Of a stretch of 64,000 nt of DNA, positions 11,673-22,933 are shown piece after piece (position 1 is the stretch's first letter; every line of letters begins with the position of its first letter). Source of the DNA: Vairimorpha necatrix (Eukaryota); assembly GCA_036630325.1 (NCBI GenBank), contig CP142734.1:868001-932000 (forward strand), in the 5' to 3' direction. The notes below the pieces were generated by a model. It worked only from the letters and a program-made list of their open reading frames with translations. It did no database searches and had not been told where the DNA came from. A program made the translations under genes and the position numbers.

Positions 11673-14600
11673 TCCCCCCTCCAGACGGGTAGTCTCTCCA
11701 TCTTCTAAACAACTCTTCCTTATCTCTTTCAAATCATAATGCCTCTTTTTAACAATTTTACCATCCAGTAGTCTCACAATATATGAATCATTTTCACTTA
11801 TAGCTACGATCCTTCCGCGACCCGTGAATCTTCCCTTGTCTGTTTTCGCACGTGTACCTAAATTTTCTCTCCTAGCGATTCTTACCTCTTGGCCTACTGT
11901 AAATGTCTCTCTGTGTCTTCTCTTGAACCGACCAGCATATTTTCCATTTTCATCATTTTCAATTATAACTTCAGCAGTTTGATCTCTCCACGCTTCCATC
12001 GGCGTACATTTTATTGCTGTATGTAGTGTATTATTATATCCTTTGATTGCTCTTTCTATCTTTTCAGAAATATTCCCATCATTTTGCTTTATCAATGTCT
12101 CTCTTATAGTTCTGATGCATCTCTCGATTCTACCATTACTCCTATGAGCTTCTAAGCCCACTTTCCTATGTTTAATATCATTAATACTACACCATTCTTT
12201 AAATCTATTACTTACAAACTCTTTTCCGTTGTCTGTCACATATTCCTCTGGAAATCCATCTTCCCTTATCCACTTTTGTAATACCTCTATAACTTCACTA
12301 CTCTCTTTACATCTCAAATTCGAACCCCACAACCTTCTAGTAAAGTAATCAATACCCAGTAACACATACCTATTCTCTCCACCTATGTCCATTAAATCCA
12401 ACGCCACTTTCTCCAATTTCTTTCTAGTTACTACGAAATCACATCCTCCTGTGTTTTTCCTATTGTTAATCCCACATATTTCACAATTCTTAATTACCTT
12501 ATTAATATGATCTTTCATACCAGGCCAATACCATCTTTGTTTAATGTTATAATAAGTGCCTTTGACACCTCTATGGTTTAACTCCTCATGTACTCTTGTT
12601 ATTTCATGTTCTCTACTATCTAGGCTCAATATCTCTTTCACCTCACCTGTGGAAAATTCCCAATACTGTTTACCGTCCTTTTCTTTAATATGTTTCTGCT
12701 TTTTTCCTAAAATTTGTTTTTCGATCACTTCTTTTCTCCTGTTGTCCTTTTCTTTTTGTTCATCCGAAACTTCTACCTGATCATACTGCCTGCTTAACGC
12801 ATCTGCATCTGTCATCAACTCCCCTTTCACATACTCTATTGTAAAGTCAAACTCTTGTATCTGTTCTACCCATCTGTTTATTCTGTTATTATTGAAGTAT
12901 GGCTTATTTCTGATCTCTACTAATGCTTTATGATCCGTCATCAAATGAAATTTCCTTCCTCTCAAATCACTTTCAAACTTCTTTATTCCAAAAAACACCG
13001 CCAACATCTCCTTCTCACTTATCGTATATCTTCGCTCGGTAGGAGTCAACATTTTCGATGCCCATTGTATCGGAATCCACTCACCCTCTTTATTTTCTTG
13101 TAATAGAATTGCTCCGATCCCCGTATCACACGCATCAGTTCTTACTCTAAATAGCTTTTTTCCGTCCGGAATCTTCAACTTTTTCATATCTCTCAAGCCT
13201 TGCTTCATATCCTCAAAAGCTCTTTCCATATCCTCCGTCCAATTCCACTTAACATCTTTCTTTAAAGCCTCAGTAAGCCTTACTGTTCTATACGCATAGT
13301 TGGGAATAAAGTCTCTAAACCAACCAGTTAGTCCTAAAAATCTTCTTAACTCTCTAACATTCTCAGGTTTTCTATATTCCAATGTCTCCTGCTTTTTAAT
13401 CTCATTCGGTCCCATGACCTCCCCATTAATTGTTACTCCCAGCAACATCACCTCATCTTTTTTGTATTGTATCTTTGTTTGGTTTATTCTCAACCCACAC
13501 TCTTTAAACTTTTTAATTACCCTCTCTAGTAACTCGTCATGCACTCTTACGTCTTTACCATGAATAACTATATCATCCATATATACTTCCACGCCTTTAC
13601 CTCTGAATTCATCTAAAACTCTGTTCATTACTCTCTGCATTATATGAGGCGAATTCTTAAACCCCATAACCATACTATTCCATTCGTATACTCGACCATT
13701 CACTTCAAATGCTGTTTTGTGCTTATGGTGCTCCTCAATCTCAATATGATAAAACCCTTCTTTTAAGTCGATAACCGTAAATACTTTTGACCCCTGTGTG
13801 GCTCTCATAATATCCTTAATTAACGGTAGTGAGTACGGGTCCTTGTCAACCAAATCGTTTAACGCCATCAAATTGCTTACCAATCTTACGTCCCCATTTG
13901 GTTTTTCAAGTGCTCTTATTGGACTCCTCCACTCACTTTTGGAACGTCTTATAACCCCTCTATTTTCCAACTTATTCAAGTACTCCTCAAATTTCACCCT
14001 AAGGTAGTATGGCACATTCTGCCCTCTTTTCACAACCTTTTCACCTTGCTTAGTATTTATTGGACACTTCTCTCCTGTGAGATATTTTATCTTTTCTTCT
14101 GATTCTTTAAAAACTTCCGGATACTTTTCAATTAAATTTTCTAACTTATTTACTGTTTTACATCTTTTCCCTTCATTGTTGATAATTGGTTCTTTCTGTA
14201 AAACTTGTTCCTTTTTAATTTTATATTTTTCCCTACCAGCTACACTTTCATGACATTCTCTAGCGTAATGCCCTTCTTTCTTACATATAAAACATTTTGT
14301 AGTTTCTCTGATTTCTCTTCTTTTCCTATACATCCTAAGATTTTCTTTTCTTTCGCCCCTAAACTCTTTCAACACTTTATCCATAATCTCTTTAATCATT
14401 TCTTGTCTTTCTTCTGACTCTCTCTCAAATTCTGCTCCTTTTTGTAAGCCTTTATAAATTTCCTCCCAACTGCTCCTTCCGTCACAAAAATTTTCAAAAA
14501 TATAATCCTGCAAGTTCGCAGATGCCAAATCCATAACATCTTTCCACTCAACTTTCTCAACTTTCAATATTAACTTTAGTCTCTTATCTATCCTAATTGC

Positions 14601-14681
14601 CTCTTTCTCTAATGTTCTAGTCTCTTGACTACGGGACTCTCTTGTTTCCCTGTTCATCCTTGTGTTCGCCATGTTAACCAT
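11661..14681 (-). CDS. Single polyprotein: short Gag-like region with CCHC knuckle, reverse transcriptase, RNase H, integrase; no recognisable protease
   Basis: CFICKKEGHYAREC knuckle. RT motifs VIDLKEGFYHI, MGFKNSP and YMDD. RNase H motifs TDAC, EKEML, TDH and DALSR. Integrase motifs HEELNH..CEIC, DLMD, TDNGKEF and SNGRIER. The RT-RH-IN order is Gypsy-type. Confidence 0.95.
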   Translation of the reverse strand: MVNMANTRMNRETRESRSQETRTLEKEAIRIDKRLKLILKVEKVEWKDVMDLASANLQDYIFENFCDGRSSWEEIYKGLQKGAEFERESEERQEMIKEIMDKVLKEFRGERKENLRMYRKRREIRETTKCFICKKEGHYARECHESVAGREKYKIKKEQVLQKEPIINNEGKRCKTVNKLENLIEKYPEVFKESEEKIKYLTGEKCPINTKQGEKVVKRGQNVPYYLRVKFEEYLNKLENRGVIRRSKSEWRSPIRALEKPNGDVRLVSNLMALNDLVDKDPYSLPLIKDIMRATQGSKVFTVIDLKEGFYHIEIEEHHKHKTAFEVNGRVYEWNSMVMGFKNSPHIMQRVMNRVLDEFRGKGVEVYMDDIVIHGKDVRVHDELLERVIKKFKECGLRINQTKIQYKKDEVMLLGVTINGEVMGPNEIKKQETLEYRKPENVRELRRFLGLTGWFRDFIPNYAYRTVRLTEALKKDVKWNWTEDMERAFEDMKQGLRDMKKLKIPDGKKLFRVRTDACDTGIGAILLQENKEGEWIPIQWASKMLTPTERRYTISEKEMLAVFFGIKKFESDLRGRKFHLMTDHKALVEIRNKPYFNNNRINRWVEQIQEFDFTIEYVKGELMTDADALSRQYDQVEVSDEQKEKDNRRKEVIEKQILGKKQKHIKEKDGKQYWEFSTGEVKEILSLDSREHEITRVHEELNHRGVKGTYYNIKQRWYWPGMKDHINKVIKNCEICGINNRKNTGGCDFVVTRKKLEKVALDLMDIGGENRYVLLGIDYFTRRLWGSNLRCKESSEVIEVLQKWIREDGFPEEYVTDNGKEFVSNRFKEWCSINDIKHRKVGLEAHRSNGRIERCIRTIRETLIKQNDGNISEKIERAIKGYNNTLHTAIKCTPMEAWRDQTAEVIIENDENGKYAGRFKRRHRETFTVGQEVRIARRENLGTRAKTDKGRFTGRGRIVAISENDSYIVRLLDGKIVKKRHYDLKEIRKSCLEDGETTRLEGGCRV

Positions 14682-14709
14682 TTATTTATTAAGGGTTCTA
14701 AACCCTACA
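14672..14709 (-). repeat. 5' LTR (38 bp) of family 1 element
   Basis: Identical to 11635-11672. It contains a CCC motif, a 6-bp hairpin and the ORF ATG at 14681. Confidence 0.9.
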
Positions 14710-15257
14710 TATAATATGTTGAAGGAGTTAACAAGCATAGGGGGTTTATTTATTAAATATTATAAAGACACCAACTTATTATTTTGTTTTATGTGTATAC
14801 ATGTTTAAGATTAGTAATGTTTTCACAACAAGGATCTTGATTAACTTCAATACAATTAATAATCTATAGAAATTATTAAATTATCTGTATAGATTAATAA
14901 GTACAAAATATTGTTGATTACGACTTTGCAAGTTTTCATTTAGTACTTACAATTGATAATTTTTGGAAAGCTGTCCATAATTGAATAAACATTATATGTA
15001 AATACAACAAATATCTGACTTTTTTAGCTATAAAAGATTCTTATTCCATGTTTTATTTTTTAAAATGGCTTTGTTTTTAATGTATTTAAAGTATTACTTT
15101 AAAGTTAATTATTGCTGTTTCTCTAATAAAACGTGACTTTGTATCAAAAATGTCAGTACTTTTCGATGATATATTGTAGAACAGTGCCAGAAAAATTCAC
15201 CGAAAAATTAAAATATATATTTTTCATAGGGAAATTTATATATTTAATAAAAATTTT

Positions 15258-16425
15258 GGCGCTACTAGGAAAATCGCCCCCCCCCCCCACTAAAAAAAAA
15301 TAATTGAAAATTTATGGAATTTTTATCAGATAACTATGCATTTTTGTTATTGTAGAGAAAAGCACGAAGAATTGAACATTTTTTACATTGGCAATGTCTC
15401 TTACGCCAAGAAAAAATTTCTAAAACTTTAGCGATACGGTCATGATTTAATCCACTTCTTTTTCTATAATCCTGTTTTAAGTGGGACTTTAAATTTTCAA
15501 TCTGATTTGTATGTCCTCCCTTGCTGTTTACAAATCATTTGCTATGATTTACTATCTCATGCTCAGATCCAAAATTGGCCACTGCTTTAGGGTATGATGG
15601 GTATTCATCAGTAACAAGAATAGTTCCAGGAAGTAAATGGGGTTTAAACGCTTCTAGTAAAGTTTCATGCTTTCTGTTAGAAATTAATGAAACAAAAAAA
15701 ATAGTTTCATCACCTTCTACAACTCCTCCAAGTATCCACTGTATATTAGGAGTATCGTCGTGTAGAGATGACGGAATTTCAATCACTAAGCCATTGCATA
15801 TTGCAGTTTCATCGACCTGTACCCTTGTGTTTTCTCCCCCTATCTGTTCTATATCGGAAGGAGTCTCGCTTATAATGTCAATTAGAATGTTTTTAAATTC
15901 AATGTACGTCGACTCGGCTATTTTACAAAAATTGATAGCTTGATAATTTGAGTAAGAAAAGATCCAACAATATAAACACCTCAGAATCTTTTTGAATTCG
16001 ATAGTCAATTCATTAAATTTTGTGCTTTTTTTCAAACTACATTTTCTTTTGCACTTTTTTATTGTACATCTGTACCCCTTCCATAATAAATGAAGAAACA
16101 CTAGCAATTGACATGTTTCCATGACATGATTTTGAGACACATGGAATGGTAGACTTTATTATTCCCAATTCTACCAAAAGGGCAATTGCGAGATCATTAT
16201 TTTGGAAATAGGATTCCAAAGATCAAGTTCTCCTACCTTTTCCAGTATTCTTCCTAACATGAAGGGTATGAAAAATGTGAAAAAAAGACCATTGCTTTGA
16301 AAATCGCCCCCCCCCAGAAAAAAATATGCAAGAAAGTACAAAATCGAGAGATTTTTTTAATTTTAAAGAAATGATAATTTTTTTCTATGCGTGTTTTAGT
16401 AGGGAGCCATTTTCCTAGTAGCGCC
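15258..16425 (-). mobile_element. Merlin (IS1016/ISXO2-like DDE) DNA transposon, pseudogenised
   Basis: TIR GGCGCTACTAGGAAAAT and 8-bp TSD AAAATTTT. Transposase motifs VQVDET, WILGGV, VTDEYPSY, VNHS and HTNQIE. It has frameshifts and a stop at 15535. Confidence 0.92.
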
Positions 16426-16457
16426 AAAATTTTAATATGTACGGATTATTTATATTC

Positions 16458-19400
16458 TGTATCTATTTATCATAATTGGGGATCAAAAATATCAGAATAT
16501 ATAACATCCCCCTCCAAGAAGGTTAGTCTCCTACATCACCATTAACCCTAAGCAGATTTTTCAAGTCATAATGTCTCTTTTTAACATATCGCCCATTAGT
16601 AGCTTCACAACATACGAGTCCCCAGGGCATACCACCACTATAATACCTTCGTCTAAAAACCTTCACTTTTAATATTTATTTCATCCTTTGATGTTTTCTT
16701 TCTTAGCTATCCTTACTCGTTGTCCTTCAATAAACCGCTCTCTATATCTTCTAACAAATCTTTTACTGTAGTCTCCTTCTGGTCCATTTAATATCATCAC
16801 TTTCCTCGTATTGTCTTTTACCGCTTCATTGAAAGTACTTCTTATACCTTCGTGGTAACTATTATTATAAATTTTAAAGCTTTCCATCACTATGTCTTCA
16901 AAACTCGCCGTCTCTTTACTCATTTTCAATATTAGCTCTCTAAGCGTTCCTAAAACTCTTTCAACTCTACCATTGCTTCTATGAGACTCGACACTCACCT
17001 TATTATGGGTAATATCCAATTTTCTACACAAATCCTTCAAGTCAACATTATCAAATTCCCTCCCATTATCCGTTATTATTTCCTCCGGCCTCCTGCCATT
17101 TATACATAAGTTCTCAATAAATTGGGCCACAGAGGATCTCTTCTTATCGTATAATACACATCCCCACGCTATCCTCGTATGGTAATCTATCGCAACTAAT
17201 ACATATTTGCCCTTATCTCTAAAATCAATTAAATCTAACGCTACTTTTTCTAAATACCTGCTTGTAGCAACAAAATCACATCCTCCAGACCTTTTCCTAT
17301 TGTAAATTTGACACTCCTCGCACCTTTTTATCATTTTCCCTATATCTTCTTTTATTCCTGGCCAATAATAATCAAACTTCATGGCATAATACATGCTTCA
17401 TAGTCCTCTGTGTCCATGCTCTTCATGATAACGTCTCATAAGCTCATCTCTTTCTTTTATTTTAGGAATCAATGCTTTCCTCCCCGAATCAAAATTCCAG
17501 TATTCTTTACCGTCTATTGTCTCGACGTGCTTCAACCATTTACCTTCAATTTGACGCTCACTTCTTTTTTTATCATTTCGTTTCTTGGATCAACCTCCTC
17601 GTGTATCCTACTCAAAGCATCCGCCACGACCATATGTTCTGGTTTCCTGTAATCTATTTCAAAGTCAAATTCTTGGATCTTTTCAATCCATCGATTAATT
17701 CTATTATTATTAAAACACGGCTTTCTTATTATTTCCGCCAATGCTTTGTGATCCGTTTCTACTTTAAATTTTCGTCCTCTTAACTCATACTCAAATTTCT
17801 TTATTCCCCAATATATGGCATACATTTCCTTTTCACTTATACCATATCTAGTTTCCGTCGGGGTGAATTTCTTCGATGCCCATTGTACTGGCACCCACTC
17901 TTCTTTATCATTCTTCTGCATGAGTACTGCACCCATTCCTATATTGCTCGCGTCAGTTCTTAATAAAAATTCCTTGTCATAGTTTACAATTTTCAACTTA
18001 CTCATACTTCTTAACGTTTCCTTCATATTTTCGAACTCTTTATTCGGGTCATCAGTCCAATTCAATACTTTACTTTTACCTTTCAAACTTTCAGTCATAT
18101 ATAATGTCTTCTCCGCATAATTATTAATAAATCCTTGAAACCATCCACTCAGTCCTAAAAATCTTCTTATGTCCGACACATTCTGCGGCGTTGGAAACTC
18201 TAGTGCTTCGTTTTTCTTGATTTCAGACGGCATCATATCATCTCCGTTTAATGTAACTCCCAATAACTTGACTTCCTTTTGGCAATACTGAATTCTCCTT
18301 GAATTTATCCGCATATTATTCCGTTCTAACAATTTCATCGCTTCTACAAATAATTTATCATGTTCTTTTCTAGTCTTCGCATGAATCACTATATCATCCA
18401 TGTATACTTCTATTTTACCACCCAAATCGTTTTTCAAAAATCTTATTCATAATTCTCTGCATGATCTGAGGCGAGTTTTTAAACCCCATGACCACACTAT
18501 TCCACTCATATACTATCTTATCAAACTCAAACGCGGTTTTATGCTTATCTTGCTCTTCTATTTGATTCCTTAAAAGGCCTCCTTAAGATCTATAACACTG
18601 AAAAATACTGACCCTTGCGTGTTCCTTATGATATCCCTAATGTTCATAATTCATAAGGGTCTTTCTCCACTAAATCATTTAATGCCATGAGATTGCTAAC
18701 CAGTCTTATACTTCCATCTGGCTTAACTAAAGCTTTAATCGGATTTCTCCATTCCGACGTCGATCTTCTTATGACATTCCTTGTAACTAACCTCTGAATA
18801 TATTTTCTCAGCTCTTCTTTATGCGCTTGTGGCACCTGCTGACCTTTCCTTACAACTTTCTTGCCTTCTTCAGTTATTATTCTGCATTTTTCAATTTTAC
18901 AATATCTTATTTTCTCTTCTTCGTTGTCTATAACGTTCCTAAACCTCTTTCTCATGTCTTCTAATGTTAGACCGTTCTTTTCTACCTCATCATAACATCT
19001 TTTATTTCTTGTCTTCCATTCTTGTTTCTTTTGTCTTTTAGCATCCCATGTGTTCCTATAAGTTCTTTCATCACAGCTACTGCTACCTTCTTTTTTAATC
19101 TTCTCACATTCGTCTTTATTCTTAAGATTTCTATATCTATAATAACACATCAGACTCTTATGTCCCATTCTTCAACAATTATAACATCTCATTGTTCCTC
19201 TCTTTTCAAATATTCTTTCCGCTCTACTAATATTTCTAATCTCCTCTGCCACCATCTTTGTGACCTACTCAATCATCCGTAATCTCATATCCCTTTCTCC
19301 TGTACTTTAACCAATTCCTCTAATTTGGTTTCCATAACTTTCCAATGATCTCCAATCTAAATATTCTTAACCATAAATTCTTTCAACTCATCAGTTCCAA

Positions 19401-19595
19401 GATCAAAAATCTCCTTCTTTACATTCTTCTCAAAATCATAATCAGACAATACTAGTCCATAAACAATCCTCTTAAACTCTTCTAATAACCTTCTGGCCTC
19501 TTGACCACAGCCAACACTTGTTAGCTCACGATTCGGTATCGCCCCATGTATTTATTTATCATAATTGGAAATCAAAAATATAAGCATATATAACA
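16458..19595 (-). mobile_element. Full-length, decayed miniature Ty3/Gypsy element, family 2 (49-bp LTRs)
   Basis: LTRs at 16458-16506 and 19547-19595 (5 mismatches), TSD TATTC, PBS TGGGGCGATACCG and PPT GGAGGGGGA. Frameshifted gag-knuckle, RT, RNase H and integrase frames correspond to ORFs 18644, 17532 and 16681. Confidence 0.93.
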
Positions 19596-20779
19596 TATTC
19601 TATGATATAGCAGTTGAATATTTATAGAATGAATATCGCTATAAAAAATATATACTTTAATTTTTCGACGAATTTAAGGTTCGGTGAATTGATTTTGATT
19701 GAATTTTCCCTAAACCATTGAAGAACGATAGCGAAAAATGTACAGATTATCTTAATTATTCCTATATTTATACATCTTGATAATATTTCAACGTATAAAC
19801 CCCTTAATAAATCGTTTTCATTGAATTATATACTATTTTTCGATTTTTTTTAGAAATGCAAAATATAAACAAATCAATTGACTAACATCGTTTTAAAAAC
19901 GTAGTAATGATTCAGACTTAACTAAAGCTATACAACGTACCTTTTTCTTATCAATGATTTACTTGTTTTGTACAATTCAACGTATAATACATAAACGAAA
20001 TGGTATAAATGACAAAAGAGAATATCATAAATCGCTCTTAGTAAAAGCTAAAGAAAACTTTGATTTAACCCGAAGAAGAGAAACATTGACGACTGAAAAG
20101 ATGATAGAGAGATTTTAGAACAAAGATATGGAAGCTTGCGTTCAAATTCTGAAAACTAGAACAGTCATAAAATTTAATCATAAAAATTACAGATTAATAA
20201 CTTATATTGCTTTATTATGCGATAGTGTACTGTTTAAGTGTATTTTACTTAAGAAAAATTACAAAAAAATCGATCACTTGTAGTGAACATATAAACATGC
20301 TCTCAAATAGATTATTGAGAGTATGTCGATGGCGTTCTATATAGGCGAAATTATAGACAATACGACATTTGAGGTAGCCTGATTTTTTAGAGAGAATATA
20401 GCTAATTACGTGAAAATGAATTACTTTCTGTAAGAAACCACAAAAGTTTACTTAAAAATAGTTTGTATTGTGGCGTTATACCTAACAATCGATACAAATA
20501 CAATTTTAATTGCCAGTGTAATAATAGAAGTTTTATTTGGTTTATATATTCGATCTTTTTAAGATTTGCATTGTCGAATTTAAATGAGTTAATAGATGAT
20601 AAAAACTTTTAAAAAGACTATCTCGATGTTTATTTACATATTTTTAAATGTCTATTTGTTTATATGCATAGGACAAATTTTAAAATTAACACAATATAAT
20701 ATTAAATAACACATTATGATTAGTATTAATTGAGTTTTTAAATAAAATAAAGACTGGTTAGTAAAAAAGAAATTTTATT

Positions 20780-21330
20780 TTTTTGTTCTGATAGATTAGA
20801 TTTAGAAATCATAGTTGAAGTTGATATAACAAACCAGGATCAACTTAACATAGTCGAGAATGAAAAACTAAGAAAATTTATCCTTCTTGCAAATGAACTT
20901 GGACTAATACTTATATTCCGGACAAGAATAGTCCCTTATGTAATGAAGTGTGATCGAGTGATGTTTAAATATCACAGAAAGTTCATTAGGGAACTAGAAG
21001 TCAAACTCTACTTTGAATCATGCATCTAGTCTATTGTGCTAATAAGACTTTATAGTCCACCTCTTTAAAACGATGACGAGGATACGATCAGGAGGATGCA
21101 GGAGATTAAGAAGTGGCTAGAGCTGTAGGCGCACTAGCGAATATTGCGCTGTTAAAGAGTTGGAGTCGGTAAAGGAAAATAAGCTGAAAAGTTGATGTTA
21201 AAAAACATAAAAATTTCACAGAAATCAAAGTCTATGAAGAGCTATATCTTATGAACAATACTAGGGAAAGCTGTGCTATAACAATTTAAGATTAATGATA
21301 GATTAACTCAATAATTCTATTTTAATAAAA
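20780..21330 (+). mobile_element. Degenerate 3' fragment of RLE-type non-LTR retrotransposon
   Basis: Broken frame IVEVDIT..VENEKLRK..LLANELG..IVPYVMK. The 3' tail resembles 61850-62290. Confidence 0.65.
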
Positions 21331-22933
21331 TACCATGTCCTATAAAAAATAAATATTCTACGCAAGTTCTGAATTTAGAGGTCTCATAAGTTTGAATATA
21401 AAGGTATGAATATTGTAGATCTGTCTTCAGAATAATGATATCTTATAAAATTTTAATTAGACGAACAGAAAACCGTAACAGAAGCGAAAACAAATAACAC
21501 ATTTTGGCATTACATGAATATCATAGTATTAGATATATATTTTTATGGGGATGCACTACATGAGATAATTGTATAATTAAAAAACTAGCGCTCTACCCTA
21601 AAATATAAACCAAACAACCAAAGGTCAGCTGTATATAGACAAGATAAATATATATGTATTCATTGGAATTTTTTATGCCGTTGATCAGAGTAAACAATTA
21701 ACTTATATGTTGCACTGTATTGTTTTCTGTTAGAAAGAAAAATATTTTGTGAGCAAGAGGAAAAATATTACCATTAGGAGCACGTAGAAAGAGTGTTACT
21801 TTTTTAGCATCCAAATGCGTTTGAATATTGTAATTTTAAATTGAAAGATACGACGAAGTGGTTTGACTTTTTAGTTACCCGACACATTTTTTTGTGTTTT
21901 ATAAATACAAAAAAGATACGTTGACACTTAACACAACAAATCTTGGAAAATGTTTGAAAAAAATTGTAATATGAAAGAATTGAAAGTAACAAATTATACA
22001 TTAAGCCCTATTACCTTGTTATTGATAAGAAGAAAAAATTAATTATAAAGGTAAAGAGAACATATTAACAAGTTTCACTCAGCATTGTAGAAAATTTTTA
22101 ATGAAAATAAATCTTTGTACATATAAACTAGGTTTAATAATTGAATCACGGAAAAGAATATTTATATATGCGGTGCATGGGAAGAAACTGAGATTTAATA
22201 ACATTGTAATTACATCAGTAGAAATTAACACACGTACTGAAGTAAAAGGTCAGTATATTATGTAGTAAGAGGTTTTGAGGAAACAACTGGTGAAATTATG
22301 AGAGGGAGAGCTGGTCAAGATCTCAGTTAACTGATGAAAGCCTACTGCTTAAAATAAGCTGCGAATATAAATTGTATCTTGTTTAAATACATCACATTAG
22401 ATACAAAATGTTAGGTAAACCTATTAAAGATACCAAGAATAATATAGCAATATATATGATAAAATAAACTTACTCATTATATTTTATCTGATATTCATAT
22501 CGCAAATGTATAAATATAATGTCCAGATCAAAAATGGGATGCACTTACGCATATAATTGACATAAGTTAGCAACAATCGCCATAGTTTAAATTACAAAAG
22601 AAATATTAAATTCAAGGAACTGTATAACTTCAAAAGATGCAAGAAACTACCAAAAAATGTCTGGAACCTAAAACAAAAAAAAATAGTTGGAGATAGAGCA
22701 TTTTTAAAGTTGATAAGTGTCAAAAGCAACTCATTAGAACAATAATATATCCGGGCTTTATAACAACATATTTATGTCGAACATAGATGTAAATGATTTT
22801 TTAGGTTAATTTTCTTTACTGTTTTTAGATATAATTTGTTCAAAAACGATGTTGGTTTTAATGCTTTATATTTTACACAACCCCGAATCTATGGCAGCTT
22901 TTTAACACAAATCAAGCTAGCGTAGATATAAAA

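Larger units (their letters stand above)
11635..14709 (-). mobile_element. Intact miniature Ty3/Gypsy LTR retrotransposon (3075 bp, 38-bp identical LTRs)
   Basis: Identical TG...CA direct repeats at 11635-11672 and 14672-14709. 5-bp TSD TATAA at 11630-11634 and 14710-14714. PBS-like TGGCGAACACA follows the 5' LTR and PPT GGAGGGGGGA precedes the 3' LTR. Confidence 0.95.

Noticed and set aside
13105-13140. DTG in TDACDTGIG as a possible protease active site
   Set aside because: It is the RNase H first catalytic motif (TDAS..G.G), downstream of RT, and is not DTG in the sister elements.
12556-14417. Several + strand ORFs within the Gypsy element
   Set aside because: They are antisense shadows of the polyprotein frame with no independent coding signal.
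11661-14681. Interpretation as a bacterial retron, group II intron or DGR-type RT system
   Set aside because: The RT-RNase H-integrase order, LTRs, PBS/PPT, TSD and eukaryotic neighbours identify a Ty3/Gypsy element.
21804-22001. Short ORF with hydrophobic start, and similar short AT-rich ORFs (395, 751, 24999, 35896, 50873)
   Set aside because: Their lengths and composition are expected by chance in very AT-rich DNA, and none has homology within the window.
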